Below are positions 14,820-30,131 of a stretch of 64,000 bases of DNA, in pieces (position 1 is the first letter of the stretch; each line of letters opens with the position of its first letter). The position numbers were made by a program, and so were the translations under genes. The notes below the pieces were generated by a model. That model was not told the DNA's origin and did no database searches. It saw only the letters and a program-made list of their open reading frames with translations. The DNA lies in assembly GCA_964016885.1 (NCBI GenBank), contig OZ024758.1, positions 19,344,001-19,408,000 on the forward strand. The letters are read 5' to 3'. This DNA comes from Eledone cirrhosa. Its lineage: Eukaryota.

Positions 14820-15867
14820 GGAAGCAGAAAATTGCTTATTGTGATCCAGTTCGTGGTTAAGAAAGCCAGTTTCATGGCTGGTTTCAGCGTACGGTTAGGG
14901 TTAACTCCACAAGTGTGTAAGCATTCCGTTCAATCTTGGAGTATAAAGTATAAAAGAGAAAACCCAGGTAAGCATTAACAGAAGGATTTTATCCAGGTAT
15001 TTACGACCGTTTCATTGATAAGTGCAACGTTATAGCAGCCACTCAATTATAATTGGTGTTCACAGTCCACATTTTCAAAATAGTGAGTAAGTTACTCTTG
15101 AAATAGTTACTTAATATATAGAGAAAAACATTTATTTGGAAATGTATTTACTAGTATAGAGAGAAACATACAACACCGAAATCAAACAAGTCACGCAGTA
15201 GAACATATATTTGGTATAACCCCATATGTAACACTTCTATTTGAATAATAAATAAGCACTTTCCAGATTCACATAGATACAGCAAAATCCTTAACACTAA
15301 ACCTATTAGACTATCTTACACCACGGCACCAAATATAGAGGCAAACATTAAGATGCTTAACGCTAAAAAGATACATAACAGCACCAGAACACAAATTTAC
15401 AACAATAAAAATACAATCACCATTGAAAACAACAGAATATCTAATACACAACCACCCACTAATAGGCAAACGAAACGTAACACACTAGTACAGGCATCGC
15501 AGCCCACCAATAATGCCAAAGTTGCCCATGACAAGAATTGTAACTGCCAACTACCTGAAACCTGTTTACCAATGCACAGTGGAATCAGACAAACAGAAAT
15601 GGTATTACATCGAATGGCATTACACCTTCAAATCCCTCTCTCTCTATACTAGTAAATACAATTCCAAATACATGTTTTTCTCTATATATTAAGAACTATT
15701 TCAAGAGTAACTTACTCACTATTTTGAAAATTTCGACTGTGAACAACAATTATAATTGAGTGGCTGCTATTTGCAGTATAGCAATATAAGGTTGCTTTAC
15801 CAATGAAACGGTCGTAAATACCTGGATAAAATACTTCTCTTAATGCTTACCTGTGTTTTCTCTTTTA

Positions 15868-15871
<4 letters not shown>
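14814..15871 (+). mobile_element. Internally deleted Hydra-clade-like PLE between ~200-bp inverted arms
   Basis: 14944-15140 is inverted at 15668-15871. The inner sequence translates to ..IINKHFPDSHRYSKILNTKPIRLSYTTAPNIEANI..KNCNCQLPETC..QCTVESDKQKWYYI, homologous to the 819-aa ORF. Confidence 0.8.
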
Positions 15872-15927
<56 letters not shown>

Positions 15928-16579
15928 TTTATATATCTTCAATAGAATTATCCCCCGTCAAGATAATTTCATGTATACTTAAAATACATATATGTTAAAT
16001 GACAAACAAAGATTCAATGATCTCCAACAACACGGCAGACAATAACCATTTTCTTGAGAGTGGAACTCGTTGTATATGTCTATACATGTGTGTATATATA
16101 TATCTATGAGAATGTGTGTAGATGATCTTATGGACATACATGTATTTCCATTTATGTGTAAGGATCCTGATATTCAATTGGCAAAATCACGTTCAATAAC
16201 TAATGCATATTATAGCCATTCATATAATGGAGCATGAAAAAATAAGAATACGAAATTCCCCGTATTCTGATTAGCATCTGCTGTGAAAATATCATCGCTC
16301 ATCGAGCAATATTGCAGGATTTAAGACTTACGTGCTCTCAGCATTAAACATGATCACTGATGGAACAAATTGTTAGTGCTATTGTCTATTTCAACGGCTT
16401 GTATATAGAAGCTGTAATTATATGAATCAATACTTACGTTGACTGCAAGGAGAACAAACTGAAATTTAATTTGACTTCATTTTTACACAAAAGCTATATG
16501 TCATGTAAGTGCAATGCATACGCAAAGAACCAATACAAAGTAAAGAGAATATTGGTAAATAAACTGAACAAAAATGTAG

Positions 16580-16930
<351 letters not shown>

Positions 16931-18137
16931 AGTAATAATAATAAAATTGAAGACTAAAATCCAAAGAGGGCTCGATAAGGAAAATATATATCAAATATAT
17001 AAGAACCGTAGAGCAAATATTTATTAAATAACAGATTAAAGTTTAAGCAAAGAATCGCTGCTTTCACTCTTAACGGGATCTTCTGAAACTAACAAAGTCA
17101 ATATGTAAACGCAGAACTGGATATTTCAAAAAAAACGTTGCAACCGGAGGAAGACAGCAAGACGATACTTTGGTTCGTGGAAACGTTCGCTGGCAAAGAA
17201 CGGGTAAAAACGAATAATACGTCATTAATAGGAGCGGTGAAAAACAATTACGCGCAAAGACAGAACCACGTTTATGGTATAAAAGAGGTCGTAGACTAAT
17301 GTTCTCTTAGGTGGTGCATAGAGACGTTCTCTGGCAATGAACGAAAAAACGAAGATAATAAGTCATATGTGGAGCGTGGAGAACAATAGCACGCAAAGAC
17401 AAAACGACGTAAATGCTATAGCAGAAGTCGTAGACTAAAATTCTAACTAGGAGACCAAATGAATCTCCGCTAGAGAGTTAAGAACAAAGTAAATAAATAC
17501 AATGCAGAAGTAATAGAAATAAATAAATACGTACACGCAAACAAATACGTACATACACAAGCATACGCAAAACCTTACAATAGGTATACAAAACCACGCA
17601 CATATAAATATGTGTGTGTGTGTGTATGCTAGTGTACACATAAATAAATAATTATATAAACGTATATAAGTAAGTAAATACGTATATAACAAGCGCACAC
17701 ACATACGTACATATAAATACACGAATGTTCGGAGACGTAAGTCAACTAAAACAAGAAGTACACATATACACACACCCACCATACGTAGGAACCTGCATAC
17801 TCACGCAGACGCAAAACTCCCGTATACACATAGCCAAACCCTAAATACCAGAATATATAAAAGTTATACGCTATAACAGTCAAATATACGTACGAGAAGG
17901 TATACATACCTTCACAAAACATACGGGTAATATATACTCACCTATGCAAATAAGTAAATGAATAAACAAAACATATACTAGGAGCGGTGAAAAACAATTA
18001 CGCGCAAAGACAGGACCACGTTTATGGTATAAAAGAGGTCGTATACTAATGTTCTCTTAGGTGGTGCATAGAGACGTTCTCTGGCAATAAACGAAAAAAC
18101 AAAGATAATACGTCATATGTGGAGCGTGGAGAACAAT
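16931..18137 (-). mobile_element. Family E interspersed repeat in (TA)n
   Basis: 16931-~17540 is the reverse complement of ~30870-31488. Internal direct repeat 17229-17388 / 17979-18137. Fragments also at 4175-4316, 38190-38218 and 49822-49882. Confidence 0.75.
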
Positions 18138-18205
18138 ACACATATACACACATATGTTGACAGGACACTCTCTTGTTCACAAGTGTTTTTTTTATCATGT
18201 TACCT

Positions 18206-18276
18206 TATTTTATCTGATGAGAACGCAACTATCGTCCCAGGATGATATCTGTTTTTGAAATGCGCATAATAAAATA
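18206..18276 (+). ncRNA. Type I hammerhead ribozyme (family B-related)
   Basis: TATTTTAT-CTGATGA-[long stem II]-GAAAT-GCGC-ATA-ATAAAATA: 8-bp stem I and palindromic loop III. Confidence 0.8.
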
Positions 18277-18309
18277 TATGGAACATTTTTAACCATCTTT
18301 TAATTTCTT

Positions 18310-19134
<825 letters not shown>

Positions 19135-19641
19135 CAACATATTCAATATTGATCGCGCAGAAATATATTTTCTTTATGTTTATATGATATTCTTTGAACT
19201 AAAATGTACACATATGATTTATATGACGAAACAAGTCAATATTGATGTGGTATTAACATCCCTTTGGCAAACAGAACCCCGAATAAATGCAATATCGAAT
19301 GACCTTTTGAAAATATGCAGAAAATGATGTCAGTGTCGGTTTCTCTTATAAAACCCCTCAAACTAATTCTCCTTTCGACATGTTTATTTAATTTTAAAAT
19401 TTCTTTTCATGCTTTCTTTCTCATTTTGAGTATCCATCTTTGTTTCTTTCTTAATATCAGAATACATTTTTATTTCCTTTACTTTTTCATCATTTATTTA
19501 TTTTTCTTTCCATCGTTCTGACTTTCTAGTTTTATTTATTTCGGTCCTTCATTTTACAGTCGCTTTCATCTATCTATATATCCAACCATACATCAATCTC
19601 ACTGTCTATCTACTAGTCTATTAATGTATCTATCTATATAA

Positions 19642-19717
<76 letters not shown>

Positions 19718-19749
19718 GACCTCTCTATATGTATGTATATATATATATG

Positions 19750-19822
<73 letters not shown>

Positions 19823-19974
19823 ACCTATCTCTCTCTCTATCTATATATAAATATACCTACCTATCTCTCTCTCCCTGTATATATATATATATATATACCT
19901 ATCTCTCTATATATATATATATACCTACCTATCTATATAAATATATATACAGTATTTACCTACCTATCTCCCTC

Positions 19975-20039
<65 letters not shown>

Positions 20040-22574
20040 ATATGTCCCTCTATCCCTCTAGCTCTTTATCAGCCTGTATATCTCTATATCTATCTATATG
20101 TTTCTCTATCTATCTATCCCTATAAATCTCAACGATGTTGTATATCACCAACATCATTATCATCATAAGCTTCCTATACATCCTTTTCGTCTTCGTCTAC
20201 TTCTTCTATTCCTCGTTTTATGCTTCTACAGAAATGAGCTATCATTTCAATATGGTAGCTTTCTTCCTATTTTCTCCTGAAATTCTTCTATATATTATTT
20301 TTTTTTATATATTAACCAAAGCATCCTATTGATTTTCATCTTTTATCAATTGATCTAGTATTTTATTCCATTCCAACCCATTTCTTTCTTTTGTCTTATT
20401 ATTACTAGTTATATGTATCGCTTATATGTATGTTAACTTATTCACATTGGGTTTTCTGCTGTTTCATGTCTGCATACATTTAGCTTTTCAACATACCTCT
20501 GTTTCATAGAACTTGTTTACCTTCTTCGCAATTTTACTCCTTCCATTTCCTTATTCTTCTATGTTTTCTGTTTATTCGATATATTATTCTATACATTTCC
20601 ATCCTTTCCTTATCTTATTCTTCAACAGTTTCTTCTTGTTCACTATTGAAACGTGTAACATAGTTTCGTAACTGCTGTTTGTTTCGCCGAATATTTCGTT
20701 TTAACTTCCTAAATATTTTTTCTAATATTTTTTCAACTTATCTTCTACAAATTGTTTTCTGCTTCCTCTATTTCATTTCCTATTTCCATATTCTCTTTTC
20801 ATCTTTCATTCCTTACGATTTAATATTTCTTGTTTTCTCTCCTTTCATGTCTTTTTTTTTCTGTCATTCTTTACTCTATTTCCTTTATGTATTTGTTCTT
20901 GTTTTTTTTTTTGTTTTTTGTTGACGGATTAATGTCATCTTTGATTTCATCACGCTTATTTCTTGTCATCTTTCTTTATCTCTTCATCTCTCCCATTGCT
21001 ACCATATCAATACAAAATGACACGTTTGTCAATGTTTTCACAATCGACAATCCAAGAATAATGATCCAAAGAAAAGGAGTTGAGTTCTGTCACATTGCTT
21101 TGTTTATATATCTTAAATATTTCGCCATAGCAACACAATATAACAACAATACTTGATATCCTATTTCTCTGCCACTCTCTCTTTTTTAAAGATAATGCAA
21201 TGGATAATACTTCCAAAGAAAAAAAGATAGGAACTAGAGAGCATATACAAATAGCCACCAAAATGCATTTCAATATGTATTTATCTTACTTAACTTTCTT
21301 GAAATATCAATATTGTTGCTTTCACTGTTCCTTCTGTCAGATAAGATAACGTAAGATGCCGTTATACGTGGGGTTTCATCTAAGCAACTACACTGTAATT
21401 CAAATAAATCTAAAACGTATTTAATTAGAGAAAAAATATATTTAATTGAAATGATGGATAACAAATATTTATGATTTGGAAACAAACGTCTGTTTGTAGC
21501 GATTTATTGTTTTGATCAGTTTTGGTAGGTAGACGCGAATGATGAGTAATTCATTTTCAATAAAGGGAGATTAGTAAGGAATCTTCCAATTCTCTTCTCC
21601 TGAATAATGCAGATGCAGTGGCAAGATATGTTGTGGATAGTTGTCGAAGGGGAAAACTAATAGTCTTTACGTTTCTACTTCAACATTTATGTTAGACTTG
21701 TTTCCTTTTAGTCGTTTGTTCTCACCTGTCCGCTTAAGAGCAAGGAAATATTTGGGCATTATTTGGTGTTTAGTCAATGGCAATACTGTGGCGGATCCTT
21801 TAGCCGCCAGCTGTTGGGATTTAAATTTCGAGTATTATTCTCATCGGTGAATGGGCTCAGCACTCCAAGTAATCCTACTATGTATTAAAACATTAGCTGC
21901 AATACTTCTATAATGCTGCACTCCAATAAGAGATAAAGGTTGCCCAGTGCTGGATTGATTCGATGCTTTCACTTGTCTCATTTTAATGTTGTTGTAAATT
22001 TGGTACTACGCCTACAAAGAAATCATTCTTGTTAGAATTGTTTTGCCACAGACACACGTCGATTTTCACTTGTAAGATTCAACACGTGAGGCGACAGTAG
22101 AAATAGCATACTTAATAAACAATACTATATTGCAAAATTTAGGAAACATTTTTCAGATAGTAGTGTCAATATTGGTGAACGCCTGCGGCAACTGCTAGGA
22201 AAAATAACATTTTCAGATATTATGAAAATACTACAGGTGTAATTGACAAGTAACTGGTTTCACATAACAGTTTGGATTGTTTTGTAGATGTGTTACCTCC
22301 GAGGTGCAGGGGACTCTGCTGAAGCGGATTGAAAGAATTAGCGTAGAAAGTATTGTCAGTCAAGGAGAGGAACGGGCACGTATAATGGATTGTTATCGTA
22401 GTAATTGTACACAGTTGATTGTTATAATTAACTATTTAGAGAATCGGGTAAAAATATCCATGGATTCGGAAAAGGTGGCCAAATGCGTGTACATAGAATT
22501 GAATGCTGTACATCTCAAATACACACACAGCACAGACAAACAATATATATATATATATATATACATATATTTAT

Positions 22575-22609
<35 letters not shown>

Positions 22610-22697
22610 GATAGATAAATAAATATATATATATGTATATAGATAAATAAATAAATATATATATATATATATGTGTGTGTGTTTAAATGAAGCTGTT

Positions 22698-22836
22698 GGA
22701 AGAAGAAGAAGAAGAAGAAGAAGAAGAAGAAGAAGAAGAAGAAGAAGAAGAAGAAGAAGAAGAAGAAGAAGAAGAAGAAGAAGAAGAAGAAGAAGAAGAA
22801 GAAGAAGAAGAAGAAGAAGAAGAAGAAGAAGAAGAA
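22698..22836. repeat. (GAA)n trinucleotide repeat, ~46 units
   Basis: Directly visible. It explains the poly-E/R/F/L ORFs. Confidence 0.95.
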
Positions 22837-23190
22837 AATGCGTGTGTAAAAGGCAACGGATGTGAATGTAAAGAAGAGTTGTTGCCATCTCAACCGCCAC
22901 CAGCAGAATATATAATTCATTTGTTCCATTCACCGAAATAATACAACAGTAATAAAATCTCGCAGAGAAATTCGACGCCAGGAAATTGCATATTTGACAG
23001 AACAGTAACATTATAACCACTTATATTAATAAGCCACATAAGTTTGCATATATATACATATATATAATTATATGTAGGAGGTGAGTTTTATTGTAGTACA
23101 ATAAAGCAATGCAGATATCGGATAAGATATGTTGATTTAAAACTGCACTATCAACAAGTGTTTTTTTAGCCTTCATATCATGTTCTCCTG

Positions 23191-23257
23191 TTTTATCTGA
23201 TGAAAACACAAATATTATTGCTTGATGATGTTTGTTTTTGAAATGCGCATAATAAAA
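23191..23257 (+). ncRNA. Type I hammerhead ribozyme (same family as 18206)
   Basis: TTTTAT-CTGATGA-AAACACAAATATTATT(GCTT)GATGATGTTTGTTTTT-GAAAT-GCGC-ATA-ATAAAA. Confidence 0.8.
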
Positions 23258-23314
23258 TATATGGAACTCCTTTAACCATCTTTTGATCTTATATTATATA
23301 TAATTATATATATA

Positions 23315-23410
<96 letters not shown>

Positions 23411-23493
23411 GGAGGTGAGTTTTATTGTAGTACAATAAACCAATGCAGATATCGGATAAGAAGCACTCTACAGTTTGTAGGACTGGAGTATAC

Positions 23494-23570
<77 letters not shown>

Positions 23571-23571
<1 letters not shown>

Positions 23572-23896
23572 GAAGTTCTAATTAAATTGTTGGGATACAA
23601 CAAGCAAATATGTTTATAACTGATATAAAGCACTCAACAAATTATTGGAGTAAAAATACGATATATTAACAAATGGAAACTATATTTATAAAACCATATT
23701 TATTTCATTATACATATTTCAAGGACACCAAGTTAAATTATGGTGTGCTTTAATTAGATAAAATATAATATAGAACAGTTTTAATGGTCGCATTCTTTAA
23801 GGGTATGTCAATATTTATTTATAAAACTGTTCTATATTATATTTTATCTGATGAACGCAGACCATAATTTAACTTGGTGTGCGTTCATCAGATAAC
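23571..23896 (-). mobile_element. Family B element with fold-back end
   Basis: Matches 632-865. It ends in an inverted partial copy forming the TATCTGATGAACGCA..TGCGTTCATCAGATA hairpin. Confidence 0.75.
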
Positions 23897-24170
23897 AATG
23901 TTTGACTTATTTAAATGAAATAGCAGCCATGTACAATTTGCGTCTTTCTAAACGTCTCTCTTTGAGACTTCTTTGAAATTGCCAGTCCAGTACAACGTTT
24001 GAGTCCCTATACGTCTGTCTTTCTCAGTGTTTGACTTATTTAAATAAATGACCAGTCGAGTACAATGTGTGACCCTCTTAACACCTCTGTTTCTCAATTG
24101 TTTGACACATTTAAACAGGGTACCAGTCTAGTATAACGGGTGACTCTCTAAACCCCTCTCTTTGTCATTC
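23897..24170. repeat. Degenerate ~70-bp minisatellite, about 4 units
   Basis: Recurring TGTTTGAC..ATTTAAA...CCAGTC.AGTACAA...CTCT.TTT. Confidence 0.65.
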
Positions 24171-24779
24171 TATCTGGCTTATTCAAGCATATTCAGTAAT
24201 AGCTGGAACTAGCTGTTGGAACGGCAAGAGCTCACCCGTTGATGTCCTAACTCATTAATATAACCACACTCTACTACCCTAATTTTCCAGTATACTGGTC
24301 AGTAATTGTCTAACCTGTTTCTTACTGAATCTATCTTGATTCTCATACAGTAATATTTAGACCTGCTGAGTTATGGAGGCCACCAGATTTCATATGGACA
24401 TGATACGGGGTAAGTATCAATGGTTGTGGAGAGTGATGGAAGATGGGGAATAGGGGTTGAGTTAACCTAACACGGGGAAAGGGGTAATGGGTTGGGGAAC
24501 CGGGAAAAAGGGAGACAAACAGGGAGAAAATCCGTGAGGAATGGGAGGTAGATTTGGAGTTGTGTTAGAAAAGAAAGTGTAAGAATAATGTGAACGGGAG
24601 GAAGAGGGGGAGTAAGGGAAAAAGAAGGAATGATGCGAGAAGGAAGATGGTAATAGAGAGGAAATGGAAATGGCAAGGAAGGTGAGGAGGGGAAGAAGTG
24701 GAAAAGCGTGAGGTACATTAAGAATGGAAGGAAGGGGGGGGGGGGGTTAACTGCAGATGAGGGGAAAAGGGGGAGCACG

Positions 24780-25133
24780 ATGAAAGAGAGAAGGTGAGAG
24801 AAATAGAGACAGAGAGAAATAGAGACAGTGATACATAGGGACAGAGAGAGAAAGTAACATGGAGAGAGATCAAGAAAGAGAAAGATATAGGGAGTGAGAT
24901 AGAGAAAGAAAAAGAGGTAGTAGAGAGATTAAGAGAGAGTTAGAGATAGGGAGAGAAAGAAATAGAGAGAAAGAGAAGGAGAGAAATAATAATATTCAGA
25001 GAGAGAGGAAAATAAGAAAGAGATAGGGAGAGAGATAAGATAGATAAAGAGAGATAAATAGATAGGTACAGAGTGAAAGAGAGAAAGAACGAGAAAGAGA
25101 GAGAACGAGAGAGAGAGAGAGAGAGAGAGAGAT

Positions 25134-25204
<71 letters not shown>

Positions 25205-25435
25205 GGGAGATACATAAATAGAGAGAAAGAGAGAGAAACATTGAGAATAACAGAGGTGCGAAAGAGACAGAGAGAAGATGAGACTAACATAGCGGGAGAG
25301 AGAGAGAGAGCTAAAGAGAGAGGGATACAAAGAAAGGGAGAAAGGAAATGAGAATAATAGAGAGAGAGAGTGAGTGAGTGAGTGAGTGAGTGAGTGAGTG
25401 AGTGAGTGAGTGAGTGAGTGAGTGAGTGAGTGAGT

Positions 25436-25515
<80 letters not shown>
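24780..25515. repeat. Purine-rich (GA)n/(GAGT)n simple repeat block
   Basis: Directly visible. Confidence 0.9.
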
Positions 25516-27953
25516 ATAAATTGTCTTTTATTACCTGAATGCACATGTGAATGCCTCTGGAATATATGGTATAATATAATCGCATATACCCTACTAAATA
25601 ATTTCTAGTCTTTAGCCAATACTAGATGTCGATATTACTAGAAAGAAATTACTCATTAAAACTGCTGCCATTTATTCAATTTGACGGGAAATTGCACGGC
25701 TTTGGCAATAAGGAATAAATTTATTATTTTAATGCTACATATAAAGAATGTAATTCAATATTACTCTAGTTGGTGCGTTTCGTGATTAGATTATATCATT
25801 CCTTTGATACATTTTACATTCTGAATTTGCTTTCATTTGTGTAATGACAAAATGTTGAATGACAATATATTAAATCACTATGGATATGCTTTCTAATGTG
25901 TAAATTAATTATAAAACAAAACATTTTGAAATTATTAAAATATTTACTTTCGGATTAAATCATCAACATTTAGTCGCCATCACATAAACATTTATGAAAT
26001 ATAATTTTCTCAATCACAATTTAAAGGTATAAAAAATATATTTGCAGCATTAATAGAAAATAAACAAAGAAGATAACAGACAAAGAAACAAAGCAGCAAC
26101 TCTATCCTTCGTGCCAAAAACACGTTACTTAATTTAAAGAAATAACCGCATTGATTTCCTCCAAACATTGATAATTGCTATGCATTGGAATCGTATGTTT
26201 TACGGAAAGCAGTAAATTACACTGATGCTAAACAAAGACATGAAAGTTATAATTATTCCTCCCCACAAAACATTAAAATTATAGTATTTTCAGCGATTTT
26301 ATTGCACAATTAAGTTTGAAATGTTCACGAACACGGAAATAGAGGGCCTTCAAAAAATATAAACTAAAAAGAAATCCATTAGTTTTCAAAAACGCACAAT
26401 GAAAATTAACAAACCAGTCATACCATGTGTTTCTCAGTAAATACAATGTATACTTATTTCATAACTTATCTATATGCTGTTTAGATTAGCATAATTGTTA
26501 GAGGGGCGAAGGAAATATCTTACGGGGTTATGTTATGGCTCTATATGTTTTGTGTTCAAATTTCGATGAGTTCAACATTACCTTTTATTGTTACATTTTC
26601 GAGAAAATAAAATACCAGTCATGTACAGGGATTCCATTTTGATGAGATTTTCCTTCCCCAACAACTTACTTAAACAAGGTACAATTGTCATTGAAACTAG
26701 CAAAAATCTGAGCTACGGTTAATACATTCTGTCCATCAATCACTTGTGGACCGAGTGACATTGCTGCTGTTGCTGTTGTGTCTTTAATTTACTTGGCACC
26801 ATTCTAACACACCTTTATATTCCTCTATATATTCGGTTACACCCTCCCTCCTAAAAATAATAGTCATGTTTTGAAATGTCATTTCTATAGGTTGTATTGC
26901 CTTACTTAGGATGCAATAAATAACAGTCAAAATCGCCCGAGTAATTATTTGTGTATTGGACGTTCGTCAGAAGCGGGGACTGGTGAGGCAGGTGTTCAAT
27001 CAACATAACAGCATGCTTATGAAATTGTCTTGTGTGTATTGTTGGGTATTTTACAGATACTTGAGCCTTTAACGTAGCACTTGAGCATATTGGGTGTTAC
27101 CCAATATATGATAAGTTTGTGACACTTTGGGTTTCATATACAGTTCATTTCACCCTGGTAAGGAAGTAGAGCAATGTGAGATGATACGTATATTATAAAG
27201 ACACAGCATGGAATACGTTCCTGGAAGTCACGAACTTACAAACCTTAGGCCAATAACCAAAACACAAAGCCAACTGCTTGAAAAGCGAATTATATATTAG
27301 CAGATATAGAACATGATACTCGCTGTGAAAGAATAGAAAGAGACTATGGCCATACTTTATCTCATTTTAATGCAAGCTTGATAATTTATAGACTTGCGTT
27401 GACATGAAACTAAATGATATAAGGAGGTCTCAAGATTATTAACTTTATCACAAATAAATCATTCTCTTAGCCAGTTTTCTTCAGCATAAATCAACTGACC
27501 ATCTAATGTAACAAATATAAACCACATATCAAGAATAAATTATATAAAGTTTATCAGGAGAATACATGAGTCGTTTAAATATAACATCTGATTAATTGAG
27601 ACTAGTTTTATGCTTTGTCAAACGCATTACATCATTCAGAGTGAATATTAACCATAACGTACAAACTTGCAAGAAATCTCGCTGCATAAACAGCATCAGA
27701 CGGAGCCAGACAACCGCCATTATGGATTCAGATGTCAGAAGCATAAACGTAAATTTGCATATTGTATTGTAGATAATCACTTCAGCTGAAAGCATGTAAA
27801 ACATGCATCTACTTTCACGACTGTGAAGTTAAATGGCACAGCATAAATTATTAAAGTGTTAAGAATCGTACAGCGAAGCAATTCACCAATTCAATTAAGT
27901 CTGCGTTGAATATATATCGATTACATTCATCTGATCTTACGTTCACAACAATG

Positions 27954-28785
27954 ACCATGATATGCATACACAAAGACACACACACACACACATATGTATA
28001 TATGTGTATGTATATATATATATTTGTTTTGCGAGGCTTTTGATATGAGATCGTGTGTCGAAACAAATATGGTTATACTTGGGTAGAGTCATATTGTTGT
28101 AATAATATTGCTAGAATTAATAACCGAACACACTCACTGTGTGGTTGGTTTTCGCTTCTGTATATTTTATATCAGTTAATTTATTCGGTCCTCAATGTCT
28201 AACATTGACTGGCAACGGTCAAAAATACATATATAATATAGACACACACACATATATATATACTCTAACAAAGTTTTTCGCTGCACATCTGCAACATCGT
28301 CAGTGGTACTATTATGTTCCTCCTGTTGTATTGTATATCTACGCCATCTATATTTAATCTGTTTATTTATAAAATAAATAAACGTATTAAATAAAGATGG
28401 CGTAGATATACAACAGGAGGAACATAATAGCACCACTGATGATGTTGCAGATGTGCAACGAAAGAACTTTGTTAGACTATATATATGTGTTTGTGTCTAT
28501 ATTATATATGTATTTTTGACCGTTGGTCAGTCACTCTTAGACATTGAGGACCGAATAAATCAACTGATATAAAATATACAGAAGCGAAAACCAACCACAC
28601 AGTGAGTGTGTTCTGTTACTAATTCTACCAATATTATTACAACAATATGACTCTACCCAAGTATAACCATATTTGTTTCGACACACGATCTCATATCAAA
28701 AGCCTCGCAAAACAAATATATATATATACATACACATATATACATATGTGTGCGTGTGTGTGTCTTTGTGTATGTATATCATGGT
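27954..28785. mobile_element. ~830-bp palindrome built from a family D PLE pseudo-LTR
   Basis: Left and right halves are reverse complements about ~28369, with scattered mismatches. There is an HHR in each arm. Confidence 0.85.
28433..28472 (+). ncRNA. Minimal hammerhead ribozyme (family D)
   Basis: CCA-CTGATGA-T-GTTGCA(GATG)TGCAAC-GAAAG-AA-CTT-TG. Stem I is weak. Confidence 0.6.
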
Positions 28786-28846
28786 ATATATTCTCAATCA
28801 GAAAATGTTCTTTCACTCGTGATTATTATTTAATCTCTATCGCTAG

Positions 28847-29221
28847 AGGGTCTGATTGGCAGAATCGGTTGAGTGCCGGATGCGATGGTTTGCAGCAACG
28901 AGTTACGGCCCTTTAAGGGCTGAGTTCAAATCCCGCCGATGTTAACATTGCTTTTCATCGTTACGGGGTCGGTGAGATAAAGTAACAGTAATACACTGGA
29001 ATAATTGCTGGCATTGAGCCAAAAGTAGAAATGATTATTATTTGGCAGTATCGGTAGAGGGTCGGACGCCATGCTTTCCAGCATAGTTACGTCCCTTTAC
29101 GATCTGAGTTCAAATCCCGCCGAGGTTGACTTTGCCGTTCATCCTTACGGGGTCGATAAAATAAAGTACCAGTAATGTACTGGATAATTGCTGGCCTTGT
29201 GCCTAAAGTAGAAACAATTAT
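28847..29221 (+). mobile_element. Two tandem SINEs within one 15-bp TSD
   Basis: Copies at ~28847-29040 and 29042-29221. ATTATTTAATCTCTA at 28825-28839 and 29217-29231. Confidence 0.85.
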
Positions 29222-30050
29222 TTAATCTCTACTTTCCATTCTAGTATTGTTTGGATATATGTTGCATTAAAACTTACCACATCCATTCCATGTGGACACT
29301 GGTAGGTTTGGTAATTACGGTTTGAGTCAGTTCTATTTTTAGTTACAGTTACACATTCTCATTAGTTTCACACAAATTCAACCACAATATTGGCTTTAAG
29401 AGTGCAGCTGAGATAGTCACGTGTATATACCTACCACCAATGCCAATAACAAAAAAAAAGAATATAACGAAAGATAGGTTAGATGAGTCGATATCATACA
29501 AAGTGTGCCTTACGTAGACGTGTGATAATTTGATGAATCAAACTATATTGGCTATGAATAGACTTTCACTTTTAAAATATGGTCTATATTGTAGAATAAG
29601 GTCAATGCCCTAACAAAATAGATAAAAATCGCTTATCTACACGGACGTCATAATAGGAAAATACATACATAAAGTTACTGAGATGTTTCCATCTATCGAA
29701 AGATGTATAGAAATGTCAAATCTCAAGATAGTATCGTTATTCAGTTTGGGAAATCTACGAACGTAAATATTGTAGCTATTATTATATATTTTGTCAGGAA
29801 TATCTCAACTAGTTTCTGATGAAATTGCACTAAATTTTAAATATATTTCACTGTAGGAAATTTTAAATTAGAAATGTAATTCTCCATTTTCCTCTGCCAT
29901 ATAGAATACAAACTATGTATAGAGAAAGATACATTTAAGAGAGAATACATATGCAGTGATATAAATATTGGAAGCGAGTGTACCATAAATTATTTAACAA
30001 AAATGCCTTTCTTCTATAACAATTTCTAACAACGTTCTTAAAGTTAACTG

Positions 30051-30131
<81 letters not shown>

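Noticed and set aside
20300-21273. T-rich block (and similar 40680-41400) as a coding region or LINE on the minus strand
   Set aside because: A-rich skew suggests very old LINE decay, but I found no recognisable motif and there are many stops.
22432-23020. Poly-E/R/F/L ORFs
   Set aside because: (GAA)n microsatellite with no flanking coding signal.
27592-27804. 70-aa minus-strand ORF with a hydrophobic stretch as a host exon
   Set aside because: No recognisable domain or convincing splice context.
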